Origin: a virus
Taxonomy: Duplodnaviria; Caudoviricetes
Length of the DNA stretch: 39,019 nucleotides
IMG/VR virus record: IMGVR_UViG_3300030708_001627
Location: 1 to 39,019 of that record
Reading direction: 5' to 3' (one strand)
A program made the position numbers and the translations under genes. Below the pieces are notes generated by a model, which was given only the letters and a program-made list of their open reading frames with translations, was not told the DNA's origin and ran no database searches. Below, piece after piece: positions 16,337 through 26,599 of this stretch (position 1 is its first letter; each line of letters opens with the position of its first letter).

Positions 16337-17293
16337 TTATCTTATTACTGGGATTTGCATCATTGTATTATAATATTCATCACTAATACCAATTGAAGCA
16401 TAAGGATTTGTAGGTATATTAGAGAGTACATTTGCAACTTGTTCTTGTCCTGGAGGTAAATTTCCAAAATTAGGTGCTGTATTTATATATTCTTGAGCTC
16501 TACTAGATACCATATTTTCATAAGTAGGTTTAAATATTTGACCGCCTGATGTTAAATCAACATTAGCACCACTACCTAACGAACCACCTTCTGAAAAGTT
16601 TCTTGGTGATTTAGCAAAAGGACCTTTTTCACCAAAACCACCTGCAACTGCAAAAGTACCAATAGCTCCAACAGCTTGGCCAAACATTTGCGATTGTTGC
16701 GCTCCGTATGCAGCTGCTTGTTGACTAGCTGAACTTTGCAAGCTAGACTGTCTATTTAACTGCTGCATCTCTCTTCTTTCTTGTGCTTGGAACGAAGCCA
16801 TCTCAGCTCTTTGTCTCATTTGAGCAGCTTGTACTTCACCTTGAGCTCTTAACTGAGCGTTTCTTGCTTCTTGTTGTTGTATATTAGCAGAAACACCTCT
16901 TTTACTTTGAGCAGCAGCTCTTGCTAAAGCAGTTGCACCACCAGCAGCGGCACCTGTTGCTCTTAATGTATCTAATGTGCTAGCTAAAGATATATCAGCT
17001 TGCTCTGCTTGCATTTCTGCAGCTCTAGTTGCTACTTGTAAATTAGCAAAAGGATTTTCAAACTCTTGTCCAAAATTAGGTATATCTTGTCTGTTAGCTT
17101 CTAAAGCCATTGTTCTAGCGGCAGCTCTTTTTTCTCTTCTTCTAGCTTCTCTTCTAGCTCTACCAGCACCAATACCTCCAAAAATACTTGAAATTACACT
17201 AACACCTAAACCAACAGCTGTTATTGGATCTACTGCAAATGCTGGTATTGTTACAAAAAACAAACCTAAAAATAAATATAATCTTTCTTTCAT
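16337..17293 (-). CDS. Probable DNA-ejection/pilot protein (Ala/Gln-rich coiled coil with Gly-rich hydrophobic helices)
   Basis: DPITAVGLGVSVISSIFGGIGAG helix, basic RARREARRRE segment, long A/Q/R coiled coil and a second hydrophobic helix MFGQAVGAIGTFAVAGG. First gene after the nozzle, as for podovirus ejection proteins. Confidence 0.72.
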   Translation of the reverse strand: MKERLYLFLGLFFVTIPAFAVDPITAVGLGVSVISSIFGGIGAGRARREARRREKRAAARTMALEANRQDIPNFGQEFENPFANLQVATRAAEMQAEQADISLASTLDTLRATGAAAGGATALARAAAQSKRGVSANIQQQEARNAQLRAQGEVQAAQMRQRAEMASFQAQERREMQQLNRQSSLQSSASQQAAAYGAQQSQMFGQAVGAIGTFAVAGGFGEKGPFAKSPRNFSEGGSLGSGANVDLTSGGQIFKPTYENMVSSRAQEYINTAPNFGNLPPGQEQVANVLSNIPTNPYASIGISDEYYNTMMQIPVIR

Positions 17294-17295
17294 AA

Positions 17296-20200
17296 TTATT
17301 GTGATGAATAAACAGTTTCGCTACCTACAGCATATAACTCTCCTTTATTTACAGAAGAAGCTATAGCTTCACTAGGTTTCCAATACTGCATTTTTACTTT
17401 ATTAAAATATCCTTTTACACCTGATAAATCAATACCTGTTATTTGATTTAATGATGTAGTTGTTGTATTATTCCTTACATGCCCATAATATTTGTTTTCT
17501 TTATTAACAAAATTTATAGGTATTGAAAGTGACGATACACTAGTATCACTACTTAATATTGGATATGCTTCATGCATATCAGTTTCAGATGATGCCATTT
17601 TCCAACCACTAGTACCTTCATAGTTTATGGTATGAAAGTTTTTAACTGTTGTTGGTTCATCGTTAAACACAAACTCTATATTAGCAGGATCTGTGTAAAC
17701 AGATTTATAAAACATACATCTTTGAACATCATCTCTATAATGCTCGTATAAGTTTTGTAAATTATATGTATAAAACTTATTATCTATACTAAACCCAAAT
17801 GTTGGTTTATAAGTATAAAATGAAACCCAACCTCTAGAACCTTCATCAAAAGACAATGTTGCATACGTGTCTCTTGTTTCAGTTGTAGCATCTGTTGAAG
17901 TTCCATATTCTGGTAAATAAGTAGAAGCTACACCGTGATTGTTTTGCATAGACACTACGTATTTATTTTTTTGTTCGTCATACATGCCGTATATTCTATC
18001 AGCATTTTGTAAGTTGTCTCTAAAAAAACTACGCATACCAGCGTCTGATATAGGTGTTAAACCATCTTGTGATAATCTCAATATAACACCTCTATTTTTA
18101 TCAGAAAAATATTTTCTACCAGCATGAACTGCAAAACTCTCAGGATTATTACTTATACCATAGTCACCAGCAAAAGCACCAACTTGACCTATAACTATTT
18201 TAGAAGCAGTTGTAAGCGGTTGGCCTTCTTGTGTAAATATAATATCTTTATCAATTAACGCTCTACTAACTTTATTTTCTTGAAATATAATTAAATTAGT
18301 ATCTTCAGCATATAATTTCTGTATACTACCATTTTGTGTGTCAACAGCTTTAGTTATAGACTCACCTATAGAAAACTGATTTGTTTCGTTTACATCTGTT
18401 TTAGCATTAAATATACCAGAATGTATTAAAGCGTTTCCTCTAGTTCTTTGTGCATAATTAGTATCTACTAAATAAGCTTTAACGCCAAAATCAACAGATT
18501 TACCATTATATTCACCTTTTACTCTAGATTCTTCAACATGCCATTGACCTATATCTTCTACTGGAACAAAATCATTTTCAGTTGTACTATAAATTAAATC
18601 AGCTCCACCAGAAAGTATAAAGGTGTTATAATAACTTATTTCTAATTCTTTTGATTGAGATATAAAATCAGTATGTAAATCTCTTATTAAACCACTTGTT
18701 GATGATTCGTAATAAATATCTAAATTAGATTCAACAGGTTGCGTTTCTAAAACAGTTAAACCGGTGTTAACAGCTATTGGCTCTTCTTCTAAGTTTTGTA
18801 TAATTATATCATCATTAGCTTCAAACTCATGCTCATGTGACAATTTAATTTTTTGATAATATTTTGTAGCTCCATCTTCAACTTCTGTTATAGTCTCTAC
18901 AGATTTTATTGTAAGAGGATCAAATAAAGCCATCATCTGTCGCACGCCAGAGTCGTGATTAGCAGTAAACGGTATTACAGATCTATCAAAATGCATTATA
19001 GTTTTTTTACTATCAGCATTTAATTCAACCTTTTGAAGTATTGGTCTTCTAACATTAAAATCATCTCCGTGTTCTACTATAGTTGCAGTTGTACTTGTTT
19101 CACTTAAAAATCTTTTATGAACTGTAGAAGTACCAAAAATATTAGTATTTGAAAGAACAAAAGTTATTTGAGTGTTTTCATTTATATCAGCATCAGTACT
19201 TGGACTAAAAGTAAAAGTATAAATAGTATTATCTCCTGGTGTAACTTCTCCAGTTCCAAGAGTAACAGAGCTAGCAGTTATAAGTGTAGCTGCTGTTGTA
19301 CTAAAACCATCAACGTTTCCTTCTGTAGAAACACTAACTTGTTTACCCTGAGCAACACTGCTTAAAAAACCCACGTTATTTAACCCAAATGGTTCAAATA
19401 AAAAATCTCTAATATCAGCACCGGCTTGTCCTCTTATTTTAAGACTGTTGCTACCAGAGCTTAAAGTACCACCAGAACCATCAACATATAAAGGAGCTTT
19501 TACTTCACCACCACTATCACTACCGTCTAAAAACTCAATAAATTGACCAACTCTCATCATAGCACTGTCACCTCTATCAGTACTTATTTCTTTACCATTA
19601 GTCATTATTGTTTTAGAATCTAACTCTGGAAAATTTTCTTGTTGGCTATTTTCTATTTCTACTTCAATAATTTTTTTACCAATATTACTTGTATGTTTGT
19701 TTTCTCTTAATCCTCCTATAGGTGGAATAGTTATTTCTTGACCAGCTCTTATATATGGATTTATTGTATCACCATTACCAATTTTTAATATAGTTCTATC
19801 ATCATTATTGTTTTCGACAGCTTTTACAGGTATAATATATCTTGTTCTATTTTTTGATCCTATTGATTTTACTTGAGCAAGTAAAGGATTACGTTTAGAC
19901 ATAACAAAATCATGAACTCTATCTTTGTCTCTATCTTCTTTTGTCAATATAGCTTGTTCTCTAGCGGTCCCAATAGTCATAACTTCTACAGGATCTCTAT
20001 CAGACCCTAACATAGAAAGGTTGTTAGCGTTATTATATATAGGTCCTAATGTTTCATCATCAACAAATCTTTTTATAACTTTTGGAAATAATAAAGTATC
20101 AGAACCAGCTACACCTTCTCTAACCTCATCTGTTTCATCAACATCTCTAGGTACTTTATTTATATTATTACCATATAAGCTAATCCAAGTAAAACCTAAA

Positions 20201-21921
20201 ATATCATCATGTGTATTAGAGTCGTTGTTCCAATTATCAGCTGGGTGATTAGTATATACATTATAATACTCTTGTTCTTGTTGTTTTACAACTATTTTAT
20301 AACTATACCAGCCATATGGATTATAATCGTCGCTAGTTATATCTCCATTGTAAACACTATCAACTATATCATTTTCTGTAAACATTATAGATAATGATTT
20401 TCCAAAAACCTCTTCATTGTTTGACCAACTATATCCATTATTATAATTTTCTGAAAAATCAGTTGTTACAGCCGGTGATTTAGTAGTGTCAGTATTGTTT
20501 TTAGATAATATAACTGTAGATTGTCTTCCAAATATATCAGATAAAATAATACCAACCTGATACTCTCTTCTTTGTTTTACAGAGTTATATTTATAAACCT
20601 TCTTGTTTTCTTGTCTAAAACTTAATGAATCAGAGCCTCCCTTTGTAATATTCTTAATTACATAATTTATACCTGTTTTACCATTATCATCAACAGGTAA
20701 ATTATAGTTTTCTGTAAAATTACCATATATAATTCTATTACCAGATATTTCTTGTGATTTAGCTCTTAACGGTACTTGATCAAAAACTCTAGTAATTTGT
20801 TTATCTTCTAATATTTTATACGGTTTTTCAGACTTATATGTAAACTTATAAACATGTCTATAATAAAATTCTTGAGCAACATCATTTGTTATTGTCATAG
20901 TTTCTACTAAGTCTGTAAAAGAAGCATTATTATTTACATCTATTTCTTTTATAACTTTTACAACGTCTTGATCTGACTCTTTTATTAATATTTCTATTTT
21001 AGATACATTTAAGTAATTATCCCAATTAGCATCAGGATTTGTTTGATAGTTTTCACCAGGTAAGGGTATTCTAATATCTATTTTGTTATAATTATTTTTC
21101 ATTATATCAACAACAGTTTTAGAATAAACATCTTGTACATCTGATTTATCTAAATCTGAAGTTATAACATTATTAATATGACCCTCGTTTAATGGTTTAA
21201 ATACAATTTGAGTAAATGGCGCCATGACTGTATACTCGCCATCTTCATATTTATATCTATATGAAAATCTAACAAATTTATCTTTTAAATAATCAGAATT
21301 TATTGTCTCATCGTTTTGAAGAGTAACAGCATCGCCATTACCTGAATTATCTTTTAGTATAGGTGCTAAAAAAGGAGATACTTTTGCTACAGATATTTGT
21401 TCTTCTTTAGTATAATATGTATTGTCAGCAATAGCTTTAGTTACATTTATTTTTCTAGGTTGATTGTAATTATCTGTAAAAAATAATAAATCATCTATTA
21501 AATTTATGCCTGTAATTAAATGATTTTTACTAAAATTTAAAAAATGACCTTGTACTATTATTTTAGCCTCTTCAGATGTGTTATTTAAATCAGCCATTAA
21601 TATTTGACAAGTATTAGTAGACTGAGCTCTAGACATTGTTCTTATATCTCCATCGTCACCTGTAAAATCAGTGATAAACCAAAAAACTTTTTTGCCTAAA
21701 TTATCAGCATAGTAACCTATAGTTTCCATATTACCTACAATAGTAGGCATAGGTACAGCTAAAGCATTACCTTGTATATTTTCAATAGCGCCTACATCAG
21801 AACTTTCTGACTGCGTAATTAATATATTTTGTGCTTCACGATATTCACCTTTTGGCACAAGCCTTTCATCAAGGTCTTTATTCATTTTACCTCTTAAAAA
21901 GCTGTTTTGAATTTTAGGCAT
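17296..21921 (-). CDS. Tail nozzle/stabilisation protein (P22 gp10-like, crAss-like muzzle)
   Basis: N-terminal F..GKMNKDLDERLVPKGEYREAQN; beta-propeller-like segments (GINLIDDLLFFTDN, YGISNNPESFA, YFSDKNRGVILRLSQDGLTPIS, GWVSFYTY); follows the ring proteins. Confidence 0.85.
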   Translation of the reverse strand: MPKIQNSFLRGKMNKDLDERLVPKGEYREAQNILITQSESSDVGAIENIQGNALAVPMPTIVGNMETIGYYADNLGKKVFWFITDFTGDDGDIRTMSRAQSTNTCQILMADLNNTSEEAKIIVQGHFLNFSKNHLITGINLIDDLLFFTDNYNQPRKINVTKAIADNTYYTKEEQISVAKVSPFLAPILKDNSGNGDAVTLQNDETINSDYLKDKFVRFSYRYKYEDGEYTVMAPFTQIVFKPLNEGHINNVITSDLDKSDVQDVYSKTVVDIMKNNYNKIDIRIPLPGENYQTNPDANWDNYLNVSKIEILIKESDQDVVKVIKEIDVNNNASFTDLVETMTITNDVAQEFYYRHVYKFTYKSEKPYKILEDKQITRVFDQVPLRAKSQEISGNRIIYGNFTENYNLPVDDNGKTGINYVIKNITKGGSDSLSFRQENKKVYKYNSVKQRREYQVGIILSDIFGRQSTVILSKNNTDTTKSPAVTTDFSENYNNGYSWSNNEEVFGKSLSIMFTENDIVDSVYNGDITSDDYNPYGWYSYKIVVKQQEQEYYNVYTNHPADNWNNDSNTHDDILGFTWISLYGNNINKVPRDVDETDEVREGVAGSDTLLFPKVIKRFVDDETLGPIYNNANNLSMLGSDRDPVEVMTIGTAREQAILTKEDRDKDRVHDFVMSKRNPLLAQVKSIGSKNRTRYIIPVKAVENNNDDRTILKIGNGDTINPYIRAGQEITIPPIGGLRENKHTSNIGKKIIEVEIENSQQENFPELDSKTIMTNGKEISTDRGDSAMMRVGQFIEFLDGSDSGGEVKAPLYVDGSGGTLSSGSNSLKIRGQAGADIRDFLFEPFGLNNVGFLSSVAQGKQVSVSTEGNVDGFSTTAATLITASSVTLGTGEVTPGDNTIYTFTFSPSTDADINENTQITFVLSNTNIFGTSTVHKRFLSETSTTATIVEHGDDFNVRRPILQKVELNADSKKTIMHFDRSVIPFTANHDSGVRQMMALFDPLTIKSVETITEVEDGATKYYQKIKLSHEHEFEANDDIIIQNLEEEPIAVNTGLTVLETQPVESNLDIYYESSTSGLIRDLHTDFISQSKELEISYYNTFILSGGADLIYSTTENDFVPVEDIGQWHVEESRVKGEYNGKSVDFGVKAYLVDTNYAQRTRGNALIHSGIFNAKTDVNETNQFSIGESITKAVDTQNGSIQKLYAEDTNLIIFQENKVSRALIDKDIIFTQEGQPLTTASKIVIGQVGAFAGDYGISNNPESFAVHAGRKYFSDKNRGVILRLSQDGLTPISDAGMRSFFRDNLQNADRIYGMYDEQKNKYVVSMQNNHGVASTYLPEYGTSTDATTETRDTYATLSFDEGSRGWVSFYTYKPTFGFSIDNKFYTYNLQNLYEHYRDDVQRCMFYKSVYTDPANIEFVFNDEPTTVKNFHTINYEGTSGWKMASSETDMHEAYPILSSDTSVSSLSIPINFVNKENKYYGHVRNNTTTTSLNQITGIDLSGVKGYFNKVKMQYWKPSEAIASSVNKGELYAVGSETVYSSQ

Positions 21922-21924
21922 ATA

Positions 21925-23100
21925 TTAATTTTTAATTCGTTTACTTTGTCCTTTTAATACTTGTGATATTTCAGCTAAATTAATCTTAGATAATCTAAGT
22001 TTAGCGTTACGCATCGCTGCTCTTCTTTCTTTTCTAAATCTTTGAACTATATACTCAGGCACATTTCTTCGTGTAGACAATATATTAAAAGCTATATGTT
22101 TATATAATGCTTCTTCTGCAAATTTATGTACCTTCATTTCAGAGTCAGTGCCTAAACTATCAGAAACATATTCTAATACTATTATTTTACCAGATAAATC
22201 ACTGCTAAAATTAAAACTACCAGTTCTTTCATTTATAGTAAAATAACCGTTTATTTGTTGGTGTTCTGGCTCAATACCATATCTTCTACCAAAATCAGTA
22301 CCTAAATGATTATCTCTACTTATATAATAATCATCTTCAGTACTTAAATTACCTGTTAAGTTGTCTGTGTCAAAAGCCTGCCATTGTGTTTCAGTATATG
22401 GTGTTCCACTAACTATTTGACCGTTGTTGTCGTATATATAATTATAATCACCATCTTGAACAGGTGCTTCTGTTGGGTTTATAGTTAATCTAGTTGGATA
22501 TATTATTTTCTTTATACCTGAGCTATCAATATAACAAAGCTTTACATAACTAACATAATCTTGTGGCATAGCCATTGATAATGATGGTCCTAATTCAACT
22601 TCTTGTGACTTGACAGTTTTTAATATATCATAACTAAACTCTTGCAAACCTCTTCTAGCATGAAAAACAACATCTGTTTTACTAGTGTTGTTTATTAATT
22701 TACCATCACCTACATAACCTATCATAAAGTTAGCAACTATATCTGACAGCGATGTATGTCTATAACCACCTAAAACATGATCTCTTAATTCAACTCTTAG
22801 CACGCCTTCAGCGCTAAGCTCGTTTAACTCATCAAAAGCTTGATCACCATCACCACCCGCAGCACCTGATGTTAATACAGTTAAAACACCGTCAGCAACA
22901 GTCCAATCAAATATTTCTCTATCAGTATAATTAGTATTGTTAGACTCTACGTAAACTCTAATATCATCAGCAGTTATTTTACTACCATGCTCTGTTTGTA
23001 TTGCAGTTAATGTATATGTATAAGGTATAGTACCACTAATATAAAAAGACTGACTACCAGTGTAATACGTTTCGTTTGTTTTATTGTTTAATAGTCCCAT
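21925..23100 (-). CDS. Tail ring/adaptor (tubular) protein
   Basis: MPQDYVSYVKL...IVLEYVSD...EEALYKHI pattern typical of P22 gp4-like/crAss ring proteins; synteny. Confidence 0.72.
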   Translation of the reverse strand: MGLLNNKTNETYYTGSQSFYISGTIPYTYTLTAIQTEHGSKITADDIRVYVESNNTNYTDREIFDWTVADGVLTVLTSGAAGGDGDQAFDELNELSAEGVLRVELRDHVLGGYRHTSLSDIVANFMIGYVGDGKLINNTSKTDVVFHARRGLQEFSYDILKTVKSQEVELGPSLSMAMPQDYVSYVKLCYIDSSGIKKIIYPTRLTINPTEAPVQDGDYNYIYDNNGQIVSGTPYTETQWQAFDTDNLTGNLSTEDDYYISRDNHLGTDFGRRYGIEPEHQQINGYFTINERTGSFNFSSDLSGKIIVLEYVSDSLGTDSEMKVHKFAEEALYKHIAFNILSTRRNVPEYIVQRFRKERRAAMRNAKLRLSKINLAEISQVLKGQSKRIKN

Positions 23101-23103
23101 TTA

Positions 23104-23841
23104 CTAAGCGTTTTCTTGTTGTACTTTTGTTGCTGTTTCTTGACCTATAGCTTGTATAACGCTTGGGTCTTTTATAATTACTCCTGTATATCTTAATATA
23201 CCTAATACTAAATCTACTTCACTAGAAGAGTGTAAAGTAAAATTAGTTGAACCAGTAGCTGTATAAGTTAAAGCACCGTTAGAATCAGCTGTAGAGTTCC
23301 ACACTGGATCACTAGGTATTGATATATAATCCATACTAACACTTGATAATGAAGTAGGGTTTACATTAATATTTTCACCTGTTATATAATATATTGGAAA
23401 TGTTGTTGACGGAGCTGTTACTGGTGAAGATAATAAGTAACTTAGTTTAGATTTTTCTACTCTATCAATCTCTGTTGTATTTAACGAACTATTGTCATCT
23501 GTTGTTACTCTAATTATATTATACACATTTGATCTTGTATAATCATCTACAGTAACAGTTGGTAAACTACCAACGCCACTAGTTAAAGCAATAGTGCTAG
23601 TTGTATAAAATGGATCTATACGATCCTGTATTTTTTTAGGTATGTCACCATAACCTTGACCACCACGACCCATAGTTTCTCTAGTTACAGCTCTACTATA
23701 GTCATGGAAAGCTTTATCAAGTAGATCAAGCTGCACTTGCGAACCTATTCTATTAAACTCGTCTGGGGTTAAAAAACCTCTTGATTCTTTATTTAGTATT
23801 GCTAATACTTTTCTATATACTTTATCTACTGATATTGCCAT
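23104..23841 (-). CDS. Tail ring/adaptor (tubular) protein
   Basis: Likely start MAISVDKVY at 23841; ILNKE.RGFLTPDEFN N-terminal helix and MDYISIPSDPVW motif; synteny between capsid block and nozzle. Confidence 0.72.
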   Translation of the reverse strand: MAISVDKVYRKVLAILNKESRGFLTPDEFNRIGSQVQLDLLDKAFHDYSRAVTRETMGRGGQGYGDIPKKIQDRIDPFYTTSTIALTSGVGSLPTVTVDDYTRSNVYNIIRVTTDDNSSLNTTEIDRVEKSKLSYLLSSPVTAPSTTFPIYYITGENINVNPTSLSSVSMDYISIPSDPVWNSTADSNGALTYTATGSTNFTLHSSSEVDLVLGILRYTGVIIKDPSVIQAIGQETATKVQQENA

Positions 23842-23856
23842 TTTATATTTTATTAT

Positions 23857-23887
23857 AATCACAGGCCCTAATTAAAGGGCCGTGACT
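23857..23887 (-). other. GC-rich intergenic RNA hairpin (processing/stability element or weak terminator)
   Basis: On -: AGTCAC-GGCCCT-TTAATT-AGGGCC-T-GTGATT; not followed by a U tract; ~16 nt upstream of the 23841 ATG. Confidence 0.6.
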
Positions 23888-23895
23888 ATTTGTTT

Positions 23896-24693
23896 TTAAC
23901 CTAACTTTTTTTGTATTGATTTATAAACTTCAACACCTTCATCAGTTTTAAGCCAAGCTGCAAATGCAGAATATGGATTTTCATCAAAAGGTACTTCCAT
24001 TAACTTTCTATCGTTAGAGCCCCAAGAAAAATTTCTTTGATCTTGTGATAATTTTATTACACCAGTTTCAGTAGCTTTAATAGCTAGGTTTCTAAGTACA
24101 ACATTTTCATCGTTTACAAGATCTAAAAATAAAACCGGGTTTGCTCTTGCAAATAAATATAAGTCTCTTTTTATTTCAGCAGAACTCATTTTATCAACAG
24201 ATGAGCCTAACTCAACTCTTAATATAGCCTCTGCTTGATCTATTTCAATACTAGTAGCTGTGTTTAAAGCTTTCATTTCAGTTTCAATATCAACTAAATC
24301 TTCTTTAGCTTCTGCTACTTCGTCTAATTCATTATAAACAACACCTTTTTTAGGGTGATATAAAGATAATAATTTTTGTAAAGGTTGATTTTGTTTTGGA
24401 ACAAATAAAACGCCTTCTTCAAATATTACGTGATCTAACATTACATTGTCGTCTTGTTCATCAACAAATATAGATTTTTGATTACTAGAGTACCTCATTT
24501 CTCTGTTAATACCTTTATCTTCGTCCCACCATAATAATGGTTTTTTTCTAGTTGACTTTGATTGTAAAACATAAGTCAAAGGTCTACCATCTTTTTTTAA
24601 ATAGTATTGTCTATCTTTCATCTCCCATTTTGGAGATGTATCTTTTACTTGTACTGGTTCTTCAACCAATACTTCTTTTTTCTTTTTTGCCAT
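23896..24693 (-). CDS. Conserved virion-block protein downstream of MCP (function unknown)
   Basis: Intact 265-aa ORF at the position of the conserved post-MCP gene in crAss-like capsid modules; helical acidic C-terminal half. Confidence 0.65.
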   Translation of the reverse strand: MAKKKKEVLVEEPVQVKDTSPKWEMKDRQYYLKKDGRPLTYVLQSKSTRKKPLLWWDEDKGINREMRYSSNQKSIFVDEQDDNVMLDHVIFEEGVLFVPKQNQPLQKLLSLYHPKKGVVYNELDEVAEAKEDLVDIETEMKALNTATSIEIDQAEAILRVELGSSVDKMSSAEIKRDLYLFARANPVLFLDLVNDENVVLRNLAIKATETGVIKLSQDQRNFSWGSNDRKLMEVPFDENPYSAFAAWLKTDEGVEVYKSIQKKLG

Positions 24694-24715
24694 AATATAA
24701 TATAATTAAATAGTT

Positions 24716-24757
24716 TAAAAATAAACCTAAAGGCGCCATTAAAGACGCCTTTGGTTT
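24716..24757 (-). terminator. Intrinsic terminator after the MCP plus small capsid-associated gene
   Basis: On -: AAACC-AAAGGCGTC-TTTAAT-GGCGCCTTT-A-GGTTT followed by ATTTTT. Confidence 0.8.
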
Positions 24758-24771
24758 AATATAATCAATTG

Positions 24772-25110
24772 TTACGATCCAAGTGTAATTGCGATACCAG
24801 TAATATTAGCGTCAACATAGTCGCTATTTACATCATCAGCAACAACTACATAACCGTTTGCAGAGTGTTTACCGTGGAAACCACCAGCAATAGCGTTAGC
24901 TATGCTTTTAAACACTTTCAACTCAGTATCTGCATTACATGTAACTGTAACAAGATCCACATCTCCGTCTGCAGCTCCAACTGGATTAAAACTTGGTAAG
25001 AACCTCATTAAAATCGTTGCGTCAGCAGCAACAGTCATTCCTACAAAAGAAGATAGTGGATAACAAGCAGCGTCATCAGCTGCATCAATAAAAATTAAAA
25101 GTTTTTCCAT
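24772..25110 (-). CDS. Small Ala/Asp-rich protein, candidate auxiliary capsid/decoration protein
   Basis: Directly after MCP and before a terminator, so probably co-expressed at high level. Function is inference. Confidence 0.6.
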   Translation of the reverse strand: MEKLLIFIDAADDAACYPLSSFVGMTVAADATILMRFLPSFNPVGAADGDVDLVTVTCNADTELKVFKSIANAIAGGFHGKHSANGYVVVADDVNSDYVDANITGIAITLGS

Positions 25111-25147
25111 TTTTATTAGTTTTAAAAATTAATAATTCAGTTATCTA

Positions 25148-26575
25148 CTATGATTCTTTTAATAGAATAAAGTTGTTAGCAGCTTGTACAACTAAACATC
25201 TTTCAGATAAATAGTGTACTTCCATATAATCGTCTCCGATATATGATGCACCACCAACAGATCCAGTCACCCAAGACTTCATTCTTCTGTCATCAGTTTG
25301 AGAAGCTCTATATCTTACGTGTAAGAAAGGTCTTTTAATATTTCTTCCTAATCCTTCATCATATACAGATGAAACACCAGCAGGAATTAAAACACCAGAA
25401 ATATCTCCAAAACCACCTCTACCAGTAGCATCGTTTAAGTATCTCCAGTCAGACTTATAGAAGTCATAAGAACCTCTTCTAAGACCTGAGAAACCTAAGT
25501 TTAACGCCATATCAGCAGAATTTTCAAATACTCCGAAAGAAGCACCACCTTGATAGTTAGAGTTTAATCCAGCCATCATGTCATCAAATGTAAGAGCTAA
25601 ATCTCTATTTACATATAACATGTTTTCTTCGATTGCACCTTGCTTGTCAAGATTTTTAAGTACTAAATCAAAATCAGCTAAAGAAGCTAAATCTTCAAAT
25701 ACATTACCTCTTGTTTCGATAGCTTCAAATAAACCTTCACTACCAAAGTTCTCACCAGCAATACCCATTGCAGTATCAGCAACAGAAGAACCAGGAACAC
25801 CTTTTACAGCTTCAATCATAGTCATTTCAACGTAATCTTCAAATCTTAATCTAGTTTCACTAGCAGATTTCATATACCAAGAATAACCTGTTTGTCCAGA
25901 CTCATCAATTGTTTCAACCCAACCGATTTGAGCAGTATCAGAACCAGAAATTTTAAAGTGATCTTTAATGATCATTGGTCTGTTGTCAAATTTAGTAAAG
26001 CTTGGCTTAAGTTCTCCTACCATAGAAGCAGAACCTTTTGCAAACTCAGAACCAAATACAAAAACATTTACACCTAAATCACTAGATCCTAATACAGTTG
26101 TCATGTCAGCTGTCTTATACGGTTGCGCAGTAATAACTTGACCAGATGACGCAGAAACTCTACACACAAGTGTGTTAAGTCCTGTTGCAGCATCAGTAAC
26201 AATTACAGTAGCACCTACTCTTACAGAGTTAGTATAATCACTACCTAATGTTATTGTGTTTGCACTTACGTCAGCTAAAGCTGTTTGATTTCCAGTTTTG
26301 TGTTTGTAAGCAATATGTAATCTGTTTTGCTCAGACCATACTACTTGATCAGAGGCCATAGGCATTTCTGCCCCTACCATAGCCAAAAATCCATTAATTG
26401 TACGATTTCCGTATCTTTCGATTTCTTGTTCGTACAACTCAGGTAGGTATTGTTGCGCCCAACCTTGGTTAGCTGTATTAGCTAAGTCTAAATAGTTGTT
26501 CGCGCTTACGACTTGTGATGGCGATCCTGTTAAAGAATAGTCACCAGCTAGTCCTAAAGACGTATTAAATCCCAT
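25148..26575 (-). CDS. Major capsid protein
   Basis: 475 aa after portal and scaffold. Motifs ERYGNRTI, SDQVVWSEQNRLH, EGLFEAIETRGN, RRGSYDFYKSDWRYLND and YLSERCL.VQAANNF recognised from Bacteroidota podovirus/crAss-like MCPs. Confidence 0.9.
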   Translation of the reverse strand: MGFNTSLGLAGDYSLTGSPSQVVSANNYLDLANTANQGWAQQYLPELYEQEIERYGNRTINGFLAMVGAEMPMASDQVVWSEQNRLHIAYKHKTGNQTALADVSANTITLGSDYTNSVRVGATVIVTDAATGLNTLVCRVSASSGQVITAQPYKTADMTTVLGSSDLGVNVFVFGSEFAKGSASMVGELKPSFTKFDNRPMIIKDHFKISGSDTAQIGWVETIDESGQTGYSWYMKSASETRLRFEDYVEMTMIEAVKGVPGSSVADTAMGIAGENFGSEGLFEAIETRGNVFEDLASLADFDLVLKNLDKQGAIEENMLYVNRDLALTFDDMMAGLNSNYQGGASFGVFENSADMALNLGFSGLRRGSYDFYKSDWRYLNDATGRGGFGDISGVLIPAGVSSVYDEGLGRNIKRPFLHVRYRASQTDDRRMKSWVTGSVGGASYIGDDYMEVHYLSERCLVVQAANNFILLKES

Positions 26576-26599
26576 TTTGTTTAAATTTTAAGTTGTTAT

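Noticed and set aside
25110-25150. Stop read-through or TAG recoding fusing MCP (ends TAG TAG) to the next gene
   Set aside because: The downstream gene is in a different frame, no canonical slippery heptamer is evident, and all long genes are intact under code 11, so there is no sign of stop reassignment.
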